Sequence record: NC_001901.1 | Length of the DNA stretch: 46,375 bases | From: Escherichia phage N15 | Strand: one strand, 5' to 3' | Shown here: positions 28,548 through 35,747 of the stretch, piece by piece | Numbering within the stretch: the stretch's first letter is position 1 | How the letters are laid out: every line of letters begins with the position of its first letter | Position numbers and translations under genes: made by a program | The notes under the pieces: generated by a model | The model's input: the letters and a program-made list of their open reading frames with translations, nothing else | Database searches by the model: none | What the model was told of the DNA's origin: nothing

Positions 28548-28562
28548 CCGTGACCAGTCACG
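28548..28562. promoter_or_regulatory. 15-bp motif CGTGACTGGTCACGG (read on the minus strand) containing the palindrome GTGAC-TG-GTCAC; copy 1 of 2
   Basis: An exact second copy lies at 39268..39282 on the + strand. Both copies are oriented with local transcription. Confidence 0.6.
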
Positions 28563-28575
28563 TGCACAGGTGTTT

Positions 28576-28591
28576 TTATAGTTTGCTTTAC
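28576..28591. promoter_or_regulatory. Candidate fifth CB-type operator upstream of the anti-immunity region
   Basis: TTATAGTTTGCTTTAC matches the TTATAG...GCT.TAA pattern of the cB-cro operators. Overlaps a TATAAA -10-like hexamer on the minus strand. Confidence 0.35.
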
Positions 28592-28594
28592 TGA

Positions 28595-28613
28595 CTGATC
28601 AGAACCTGATCAG
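28595..28613. repeat. Two CTGATCAG palindromes separated by 3 nt (perfect 8-bp hairpin; two Dam GATC sites)
   Basis: CTGATCAG-aac-CTGATCAG, abutting the stop codon of gene 28614..28964. Confidence 0.8.
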
Positions 28614-28964
28614 TTATTGGAGTCCGGTAATCTTATTGATGACCGCAGCCACCTTAGATGTTGTCTCAAACCCCATACGGCCACGAATGAGCCACTGGAA
28701 CGGAATAGTCAGCAGGTACAGCGGAACGAACCACAAACGGTTCAGACGCTGCCAGAACGTCGCATCACGACGTTCCATCCATTCGGTATTGTCGACGACC
28801 TGGTAAGCGTATTGTCCTGGCGTTTTTGCTGCTTCCGAGTAGCAATCCTCTTCACCACAAAGAAAGTTACTTATCTGCTTCCAGTTTTCGAACCCTTCTT
28901 CTTTGAGCCGCTTTTCCAGCTCATTCCTCCACAAAACAGGCACCCATCCTCTGCGATAAATCAT
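28614..28964 (-). CDS. Hypothetical membrane protein
   Basis: 116 aa. ATG at 28964 lies 2 nt after the upstream stop. Hydrophobic LWFVPLYLLTIPFQWLI segment. Confidence 0.6.
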   Translation of the reverse strand: MIYRRGWVPVLWRNELEKRLKEEGFENWKQISNFLCGEEDCYSEAAKTPGQYAYQVVDNTEWMERRDATFWQRLNRLWFVPLYLLTIPFQWLIRGRMGFETTSKVAAVINKITGLQ

Positions 28965-28966
28965 GA

Positions 28967-29296
28967 TTATTTGTCCTTTAAATAAGGCTGTAGAACTGCA
29001 AAATCGCTCTCGTTCACATGCTGTACGTAGATGCGTAGCAAATTGCCGTTCCATCCCTGTAATCCACCTTCTTTGGAAAGATCGTCCTTGACCTCACGAA
29101 GAACCTTATCCAATAGCCCTGCGGCACAAGAAATTGCCTGCTCTGGATCAGCAAATTCATATTGATTAATAGGTGATTGCCACACACCAAAAACAGGAAT
29201 CATCTTTTCGGCTAAACGCCTCTCCTGTTCTTTCTTAATCTCAAGTTGTAAGCGGACCAGCTCACCATCCATCATTTTTTGTAGATCATGCGCCAC
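28967..29296 (-). CDS. Hypothetical protein
   Basis: 109-aa ORF tightly packed in the repA-downstream operon. Confidence 0.6.
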   Translation of the reverse strand: MAHDLQKMMDGELVRLQLEIKKEQERRLAEKMIPVFGVWQSPINQYEFADPEQAISCAAGLLDKVLREVKDDLSKEGGLQGWNGNLLRIYVQHVNESDFAVLQPYLKDK

Positions 29297-29299
29297 TAT

Positions 29300-29629
29300 T
29301 CACCCCCACTGGCCATCAGCAAATAAAGCTTCATACTCGGACACCGGCAGGCGGCTTCCACGGATTGAAAGGTCAAGCCAACCACGTCCAGATGGGTCAG
29401 CCTTATCCGATTCTTCCCACCGTTCTGCAGCTGTAGCAACCAGGCATTCTACCGCCTTCATGTAGTCTTCTGTACGGAACCAGCCGTAGTTAATGCCACC
29501 ATCAGTAACTGCCCAGGCCATCTTTTTCTCTTCGGCCTCAATAGCCCGGATGCGGTTATCGCACAGCTCGCGACAGTACTTCAGCTGTTCGTAATCCAGT
29601 TGCTTCAGGAACTCTGGTGTCGACGTCAT
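29300..29629 (-). CDS. Hypothetical protein
   Basis: 109-aa ORF whose start overlaps the upstream stop (ATGA). Confidence 0.6.
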   Translation of the reverse strand: MTSTPEFLKQLDYEQLKYCRELCDNRIRAIEAEEKKMAWAVTDGGINYGWFRTEDYMKAVECLVATAAERWEESDKADPSGRGWLDLSIRGSRLPVSEYEALFADGQWG

Positions 29630-29874
29630 AGTGGCTTCACCTTATAGGCTTTTAGAAGCGCCCTGGCTTCGTCTGTGTGGTCTTCCATGCTCTTATCGCT
29701 GGCAATGCAGCAATAAACTCCCTCACTATCTGAGAACCCGTTCATCCGAATGATCGTGAATGGAAGTTCCCGGCCAGTTTTATAATCGCTATAGCTTGTC
29801 GCGTCGTGGCTGACCTTGACCACATAAGGGTCGTAGCCCTCCACGATGACAAGGCATTCCCGTTGTTTTCCCAT
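29626..29874 (-). CDS. Hypothetical protein
   Basis: 82 aa. ATG at 29874 preceded by GGAGGGG, 11 nt after the repA stop. Confidence 0.6.
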   Translation of the reverse strand: MGKQRECLVIVEGYDPYVVKVSHDATSYSDYKTGRELPFTIIRMNGFSDSEGVYCCIASDKSMEDHTDEARALLKAYKVKPL

Positions 29875-29885
29875 TACCCCTCCGG

Positions 29886-32800
29886 TTATATCGCCACGGC
29901 TTGCCGCTGGCTTAGAAACGCTTTCAGCAGCCTTATTTCGCGTACTGATAGCAGGTCCATAAATTCGGTCATGTACAGCGAGGCGAACGTTCTCGCGATG
30001 CTGGCCACTGGCCACAGGCGTACCGCCTCCATTTCGGTTGCTGGCAACGCGTTCTCCGCCCACGCCTCCGGTACCGCCACCGGGATAGCCTCCAGTGCCT
30101 GGATAATTACTGATTGTGGGGCGTCCGGAACGTGCTCTGTTTTGGATCGAGGGTTACCATGTATATCTATATTTAGATCCAAATCGCGATCCACTTCGAT
30201 GGTGGTTTTTTCCACCTTACGTGCGTGAATTGATAAACCGGCCTCGCGGCGCTTCTCCACGATATTCATGAGGAACTCGACCGAGTCCGGGTCAATGGAA
30301 CGCATCGTGGGGCGTGCATCGCCGTCTCTGGCGCGTCTGGTCTTACTGGATAGCCCCATAGACTCCAGGATGCCTATGCAGAGGTCTGCAGGCGCTTTCT
30401 TCTTGCCTTTCTCTGTGTTGAAGCCGCCGATGCGTAAAACGTTGTTTAGCAGATCGCGCCGTTCCGGCGTGAGCAGGTTATCTCTGGCGCGTTTGAGGGC
30501 GTCCATGTCTGCTTCACCTTCCAGGGTTTTTGGATCGATACCGCAGTCGCGGAAGTACTGCTGCAGCGTCGCCGATTTGAGGGTGTAGAAACCACGCATG
30601 CCTATCTCAACAGCAGGGGTCGATTTCACTCGGTAATCGGTTATGGCCGGGAATTTAGCCTGGAACTCTGCGTCGGCCTGTTCCCGCGTCATGGCCGTAG
30701 TGACGAACTGCTGCCATCTTCCGGCAACGCGATAAGCGTAGGTAAAGTGAATCAACGCTTCTTCACGGTCAAGGCGACGGGCGGTTATCTCATCCAGCTG
30801 CATGGTTTCAAACAGGCGCACTTTTTTCAGGCCGCCGTCGAAATAGAATTTTAACGCCACCTCGTCGACATCCAGCTGCAGCTCCTTTTCGATGTCCCAG
30901 CGGACCAGCTGGGCCTGCTCATCCAGGGACAGGGTGCGTTTTTTTATCAACTCATCGTGTTCGGCCTGGTCAGGAGTATCGACACTCAGGTGGCGCTCCA
31001 TAAGCTGCTCAAAGACCAGTTCACGGGCTTCTTTACGTAAATCCTTACCGATGCTGTTTGCAAGCGCGTCGGTGGCCATAGGCGCGACCTGATAGCCATC
31101 ATCATGCATGATGCAAATCATGTTGCTGGCATAATCATTTCTGGCCGATGCCTCGAGCGCGGCGGCTTTAATTTTGAGCTGCATGAATGAAGAGTTAGCC
31201 ACGCCGAGTGAAATTCGGTCACCGTCAAAGACAACGTCTGTCAGCAGCCCGGAGTGGCCAGCCGTTTCGAGCAAGGCCTGCGCGTAGGCGCGTTTGATTT
31301 TTTCCGGATCGGTTTCACGTTTACCGCGAAGCTTGTCGAAACCGATAATGTATTCCTGAGCTGTACGGTCGCGGCGCAGCATCTGGATGGCGTCGCTGGG
31401 GACCACTTCGCCGCAGAACATGCCGAAATGGCGGTGGAAGTGTTTCTCCTCAATCGATACACCTGAAGATATCGACGGGCTGTAGATGAGGCCGTCATAT
31501 TTTTTCACCATCACTTTAGGCTGGTTGGTGAAATCGTCGACTTCCTTCTCCTGTTTGTTTTTCTGGTTAACGCAGAGAAACTTTTTGTCAGGGAACTGTA
31601 GTCTCAGCTGCATGGTAACGTCTTCGGCGAACGTCGAACTGTCGGTGGCCAGCATGATTCGTTCGCCGCGTTGCACTGCAGCGATAACCTCGGTCATGAT
31701 CCGATTTTTCTCGGTATAAAATACGCGGATAGGCTTGTTGGTTTCGCGGTTGCGAACGTCGACCGGGAGTTCAATCACGTGAATTTGCAGCCAGGCAGGT
31801 AGGCCCAGCTCCTCGCGTCGCTTCATCGCCAGTTCAGCCAGGTCAACAAGCAGATCGTTGGCATCGGCATCCACCATAATGGCATGCTCTTCAGTACGCG
31901 CCAGCGCGTCGATAAGCGTGTTGAATACGCCTACCGGGTTTTCCATCGCACGCCCGGCCAGAATGGCACGCAGGCCCTGTGTTGCTTCATCGAAGCCGAA
32001 GAAGTCATGCTGGCGCATCAGCGGTTGCCAGCAGCCTTTAAGTATGGAGTTGATGCAAATAGTCAGCTTGTTGGCATATGGCGCCATTTCCTGATAGCCG
32101 GGATCCTGATAATGCAGAATGTCGGCTTTCGCGCCTTTCCCTTCGGTCATCATTTCATGCAGGCCGCCTATCAGGGATACGCGGTGCGCGACGGAAACGC
32201 CACGCGTGGACTGCAGCATCAGTGGACGCAGGAGGCCTGTCGATTTACCCGACCCCATCCCGGCGCGGACAATAACGATGCCCTGCAGCTGTGCGGCGTA
32301 TGTCATCACCTCATCGGTCATCCTGGAGGTTTCAAACCGTTTGTAAGTGATGTGTGACGGGCGAAGGTTCGGGTTGGTGATGCGTTCACTGAACGAACGT
32401 GATGTTTGCGCGGCACGGCATTTGCGATTCAACCGGCGCGTAATGTGATCTTTAACGGTACCGTTATAAATTTCTGCGATACCCATATCCCGCAGCGTGC
32501 TGCTGAAAAGGCGCATAAGTTCTTTCGGGCTGTTTGGTACCGGGCATGTCAGCATGCCAATATCAACGGCGCGAAGCAGTTCTTTGGCAAAAGTGCGTCT
32601 GTTCAGACGCGGGAGAGTACGCAGCTTATTCAGCGTGATCGACAACAGGTCGGTTGCACGGCTCAGATGATTTCTCGTTAACTGGCGAGCGACTTCCTTC
32701 AGCCCTCTCAGGCTGTGCAGGTCGTTAAAATCGCTGCATTCCAGCTCAGGGTCATCCTCAAAAGTTGGGTAAACACATTTGACGCCGGAAAACTTCTCCA

Positions 32801-33860
32801 TGATGTCGAATCCGGTGCGGAGGCCTGTGTTGCCTTTTCCTTCAGCTGAGGATTTGCGGTCGTTATCGAGAGCGCAAGTGATTTGCGCAGCCGGGTACAT
32901 GTTCACCAGCTGCTCGACAACGTGAATCATGTTGTTAGCGGAAACCGCAATGACTACCGCGTCAAAGCGTTTTTTCGGGTCGTTTCTGGTCGCCAGCCAG
33001 ATGGATGCCCCGGTGGCGAAACCCTCTGCAGTCGCAATTTTTTGCGCCCCCTGCAGGTCGCCAATAACAAAGCATGCACCGACGAAATCACCGTTAGTGA
33101 TGGCGCTGGTCTGGAACTTGCCACCATTCAGATCGATACGTTGCCAGCCAACAATCCGCCCGTCTTTTCTTCCGTCCAGGTGGGACAGAGGTATCGCCAT
33201 GTAAGTTGTTGGTCCACGGCTCCATTTCGCACTGTCGTGACTGGTCACGCGACGTATATCACAAGCGCCAAATACGTCACGAATTCCCTTTTTTACCGCA
33301 TAAGGCCAGGAGCCATCTTCAGCTGGCGAATGTTCCCAGGCGCGATGGAAAGCCAACCATCCAAGCAGGCGTTCCTGCTCCATCTGATTGTTTTTTAAAT
33401 CATTAACGCGTTGTTGTTCAGCTCGGAGGCGGCGTGCTTCAGCCTGGCGCTCCATGCGTGCACGTTCTTCTTCCGGCTGAGCGACCACGGTCGCACCATT
33501 CCGTTGCTGTTCACGGCGATACTCCGAAAACAGGAATGAAAAGCCACTCCAGGAGCCAGCGTCATGCGCTTTTTCAACGAAGTTAACGAAAGGATAACTG
33601 ATGCCATCCTTGCTCTGCTCAAGGCGTGAATAGATTTCCACACGGCCTTTAAGGCTCTTCTGCAGAGCTTCCGGGGAGGAATTATTGTAGGTGGTATAGC
33701 GCTCTACACCACCGCGCGGATTGAGCTGAATCTTATCAGCACACGCAGGCCAGTTGATACCGGCCATCTTCGCCAGCTCAGTCAGCTCATCACGTGCCGC
33801 GTCAAGCAGTGAAAACGGATCGCTGCCAAAGCGCTCCGCGTAGAATTCTTGTAAGGTCAT
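29886..33860 (-). CDS. repA: Replication protein RepA (primase / Toprim plus helicase multidomain replicase)
   Basis: 1324 aa. Toprim-like TAEGFATGASI...CALDNDRKSSAEGKGNTG. Walker A VRAGMGSGKST. Plasmid-type replicase known as the only N15 gene needed for plasmid replication. Confidence 0.95.
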   Translation of the reverse strand: MTLQEFYAERFGSDPFSLLDAARDELTELAKMAGINWPACADKIQLNPRGGVERYTTYNNSSPEALQKSLKGRVEIYSRLEQSKDGISYPFVNFVEKAHDAGSWSGFSFLFSEYRREQQRNGATVVAQPEEERARMERQAEARRLRAEQQRVNDLKNNQMEQERLLGWLAFHRAWEHSPAEDGSWPYAVKKGIRDVFGACDIRRVTSHDSAKWSRGPTTYMAIPLSHLDGRKDGRIVGWQRIDLNGGKFQTSAITNGDFVGACFVIGDLQGAQKIATAEGFATGASIWLATRNDPKKRFDAVVIAVSANNMIHVVEQLVNMYPAAQITCALDNDRKSSAEGKGNTGLRTGFDIMEKFSGVKCVYPTFEDDPELECSDFNDLHSLRGLKEVARQLTRNHLSRATDLLSITLNKLRTLPRLNRRTFAKELLRAVDIGMLTCPVPNSPKELMRLFSSTLRDMGIAEIYNGTVKDHITRRLNRKCRAAQTSRSFSERITNPNLRPSHITYKRFETSRMTDEVMTYAAQLQGIVIVRAGMGSGKSTGLLRPLMLQSTRGVSVAHRVSLIGGLHEMMTEGKGAKADILHYQDPGYQEMAPYANKLTICINSILKGCWQPLMRQHDFFGFDEATQGLRAILAGRAMENPVGVFNTLIDALARTEEHAIMVDADANDLLVDLAELAMKRREELGLPAWLQIHVIELPVDVRNRETNKPIRVFYTEKNRIMTEVIAAVQRGERIMLATDSSTFAEDVTMQLRLQFPDKKFLCVNQKNKQEKEVDDFTNQPKVMVKKYDGLIYSPSISSGVSIEEKHFHRHFGMFCGEVVPSDAIQMLRRDRTAQEYIIGFDKLRGKRETDPEKIKRAYAQALLETAGHSGLLTDVVFDGDRISLGVANSSFMQLKIKAAALEASARNDYASNMICIMHDDGYQVAPMATDALANSIGKDLRKEARELVFEQLMERHLSVDTPDQAEHDELIKKRTLSLDEQAQLVRWDIEKELQLDVDEVALKFYFDGGLKKVRLFETMQLDEITARRLDREEALIHFTYAYRVAGRWQQFVTTAMTREQADAEFQAKFPAITDYRVKSTPAVEIGMRGFYTLKSATLQQYFRDCGIDPKTLEGEADMDALKRARDNLLTPERRDLLNNVLRIGGFNTEKGKKKAPADLCIGILESMGLSSKTRRARDGDARPTMRSIDPDSVEFLMNIVEKRREAGLSIHARKVEKTTIEVDRDLDLNIDIHGNPRSKTEHVPDAPQSVIIQALEAIPVAVPEAWAENALPATEMEAVRLWPVASIARTFASLYMTEFMDLLSVREIRLLKAFLSQRQAVAI
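30141..30215. other. ori: Candidate replication origin core inside the 3' part of repA
   Basis: TTGGATC / GATCCAA inverted repeat (30141..30147, 30175..30181) flanks the AT-rich catgtatatctatattta. Several GATC sites. GGTGG-tttttt-CCACC hairpin. The N15 ori is reported to lie within the repA 3' region. Confidence 0.3.
33479..33496. promoter_or_regulatory. Centromere-like palindrome (SopB site) inside repA
   Basis: GAGCGACC-AC-GGTCGCAC, one arm mismatch relative to the other three sites. Architecture resembles F sopC TGGGACC-AC-GGTCCCA. Confidence 0.7.
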
Positions 33861-33932
33861 TTTTTAGCCTTTCCATGCGAATTAGCATTTTTTCGGGTTG
33901 AAAAAATCCGCAGGAGCAGCCACAATAAACGC

Positions 33933-34013
33933 ACTATCTTTCTGAAGGACGTATCTGCGTTATCGTGGCTACTTCCTGAAAAAGGCCCGAGTTTGCCGAC
34001 TCGGGTTTTTTTT
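33933..34013 (+). ncRNA. Candidate antisense RNA to the repA leader
   Basis: + strand promoter TTGAAA-17-CACAAT (33898..33926). Hairpin AACGCA...TGCGTT. Terminator CCCGAGT-ttgccg-ACTCGGG plus T8 (33986..34013). Confidence 0.45.
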
Positions 34014-34078
34014 CGTCTTTTTTCGGCTGCTACGGTCTGGTTCAACCCCGACAAAGTATAGATCGGATTAAACCAGAA

Positions 34079-34094
34079 TTATAGTCAGCAATAA
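34079..34094. promoter_or_regulatory. CB-type operator overlapping the -10 (TATAAT, minus strand, 34078..34083) of the putative repA promoter
   Basis: TTATAGTCAGCAATAA matches the 16-bp TTAT....ATAA operators of the cB-cro region (12/16 to TTATAGCTGGCTATAA). Confidence 0.6.
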
Positions 34095-34108
34095 ACCCTG
34101 TTATTGTA

Positions 34109-34717
34109 TCATCTACCCTCAACCATGAACGATTTGATCGTACCGACTACTTGGTGCACAAATTGAAGATCACTTTTATCATGGATAACCCGTTGAGAGT
34201 TAGCACTATCAAGGTAGTAATGCTGCTCGTCATAACGGGCTAATCGTTGAATTGTGATCTCGCCGTTATTATCACAAACCAGTACATCCTCACCCGGTAC
34301 AAGCGTAAGTGAAGAATCGACCAGGATAACGTCTCCCGGCTGGTAGTTTCGCTGAATCTGGTTCCCGACCGTCAGTGCGTAAACGGTGTTCCGTTGACTC
34401 ACGAACGGCAGGAATCGCTCTGTGTTGGCAGGTTCTCCAGGCTGCCAGTCTCTATCCGGTCCGGTCTCTGTCGTACCAATAACAGGAACGCGGTCTGGAT
34501 CAGATTCAGTGCCATACAGTATCCATTGCACGGGCTTACGCAGGCATTTTGCCAGCGATAGCCCGATCTCCAGCGACGGCATCACGTCGCCACGTTCTAA
34601 GTTTTGGACGCCCGGAAGAGAGATTCCTACAGCTTCTGCCACTTGCTTCAGCGTCAGTTTCAGCTCTAAACGGCGTGCTTTCAGTCGTTCGCCTCGTGTT
34701 TTCATACCCTTAATCAT
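34109..34717 (-). CDS. cB: Prophage repressor CB (HTH_XRE N-domain plus degenerate S24/LexA-like C-domain)
   Basis: KARRLELKLTLKQVAEAVGISLPGVQNLERG HTH. C-domain YALTVGNQIQRNYQPGDVILVD is CI/LexA-like. Divergent from cro. Confidence 0.9.
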   Translation of the reverse strand: MIKGMKTRGERLKARRLELKLTLKQVAEAVGISLPGVQNLERGDVMPSLEIGLSLAKCLRKPVQWILYGTESDPDRVPVIGTTETGPDRDWQPGEPANTERFLPFVSQRNTVYALTVGNQIQRNYQPGDVILVDSSLTLVPGEDVLVCDNNGEITIQRLARYDEQHYYLDSANSQRVIHDKSDLQFVHQVVGTIKSFMVEGR

Positions 34718-34728
34718 AAATGATCTCT

Positions 34729-34744
34729 TTATAGCTGGCTATAA
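34729..34744. promoter_or_regulatory. Operator 1 in the cB-cro intergenic region
   Basis: TTATAGC-TG-GCTATAA, a 16-bp palindrome. Confidence 0.65.
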
Positions 34745-34754
34745 TTTTTATAAA

Positions 34755-34770
34755 TTATACCTAGCTTTAA
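34755..34770. promoter_or_regulatory. Operator 2 in the cB-cro intergenic region
   Basis: TTATACCTAGCTTTAA, 12/16 match to operator 1. Confidence 0.55.
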
Positions 34771-34777
34771 TTTTCAC

Positions 34778-34793
34778 TTATTGATTATAATAA
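34778..34793. promoter_or_regulatory. Operator 3, overlapping a TATAAT hexamer (34783..34788) just upstream of cro
   Basis: TTATTGATTATAATAA with the same TTAT....ATAA ends. The TATAAT sits only 10 nt before the cro ATG. Confidence 0.55.
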
Positions 34794-34798
34794 TCCCC

Positions 34799-35014
34799 AT
34801 GAAACCCGAAGAACTTGTGCGCCATTTCGGCGATGTGGAAAAAGCAGCGGTTGGCGTGGGCGTGACACCCGGCGCAGTCTATCAATGGCTGCAAGCTGGG
34901 GAGATTCCACCTCTACGACAAAGCGATATAGAGGTCCGTACCGCGTACAAATTAAAGAGTGATTTCACCTCTCAGCGCATGGGTAAGGAAGGGCATAACA
35001 GTGGAACTAAATAG
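34799..35014 (+). CDS. cro: Cro-like repressor (YdaS/Cro HTH family)
   Basis: MKPEELVRHFGDVEKAAVGVGVTPGAVYQWLQAGEIPPLR, 71 aa, divergent from cB. Confidence 0.85.
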   Translation: MKPEELVRHFGDVEKAAVGVGVTPGAVYQWLQAGEIPPLRQSDIEVRTAYKLKSDFTSQRMGKEGHNSGTK

Positions 35015-35747
35015 CATTCGGGCCTGTGTATCTACGGCTCTGTCAGATATTCATTATCTCCAGCGCGGCATCCTTGAGGTCCAGCTGGAGCAGCTGCGTC
35101 TCGCAAGCTCTGACCGTTTCACTGACAAACCAACCAGAACGATCTGCATCGGCGATACGGAATCTTATGAAATCTCTGTGCCTGCCGAACCCGTTCGTTA
35201 TCACGTTGGTAAATCCTTCAAACGGTCTTCAATGCTGCTGACTGAATTAGATTTCATGACCGCCAGCTGGCGACGTGCCATTGAGCAGTTAAACAGTGAA
35301 GAAACTGCATGGTTGCATTATTGCTATGGATGCAAACCAAATTATAAGAATGATGTAACTGTTTGCCAGTGGCTGTGGATGGATTTTTTAATTGCGCATT
35401 CCAGAGCGGGCTTTAAAAAAATGAAAGCCCCAACAAAAAAAATTATGCAGAGATTAACTTACTACGGAATACAGCAAGTTAAATGTGAAATATTTCACGA
35501 ACTGCATGATTCGGATATTGATGGAATGGAGCGAGACGAACACATAAGTTCTTTAGTGGGTGTATCCGTCGAAAGCTGGCGTAAGGATTATAAAAAACGC
35601 TGGTTATTACTGAAATCACGATGCATGCATCTTAACGATACCGCGTTATTAAATGCGGCGGAGAAGCGCTGTGAAATCATCGAAAGCCATCGTGCAAGAA
35701 GTGCCGACCTGCCTGTGTCAGCAGGTTATGCTCAGGAAACCAGATAA
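35001..35747 (+). CDS. Q: Late-gene antiterminator Q-like protein
   Basis: Follows cro. GTG at 35001 after AAGGAAG (an in-frame ATG at 34959 is an alternative). N15 gene order cB-cro-Q is established. Family assignment is from position and memory. Confidence 0.65.
   Translation: MELNSIRACVSTALSDIHYLQRGILEVQLEQLRLASSDRFTDKPTRTICIGDTESYEISVPAEPVRYHVGKSFKRSSMLLTELDFMTASWRRAIEQLNSEETAWLHYCYGCKPNYKNDVTVCQWLWMDFLIAHSRAGFKKMKAPTKKIMQRLTYYGIQQVKCEIFHELHDSDIDGMERDEHISSLVGVSVESWRKDYKKRWLLLKSRCMHLNDTALLNAAEKRCEIIESHRARSADLPVSAGYAQETR

Noticed and set aside
28591-28616. Possible LexA box in tactgactgatcagaacctgatcag
   Set aside because: No CTG-N10-CAG spacing can be obtained (spacings are 2, 6, 13 and 17). 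It is kept only as a hairpin / Dam-site observation.
30268-33398. Several 65-171-aa + strand ORFs inside the repA region
   Set aside because: All are antisense to the 1324-aa repA ORF, which has clear Toprim and Walker A motifs. None has an RBS or a recognisable motif.
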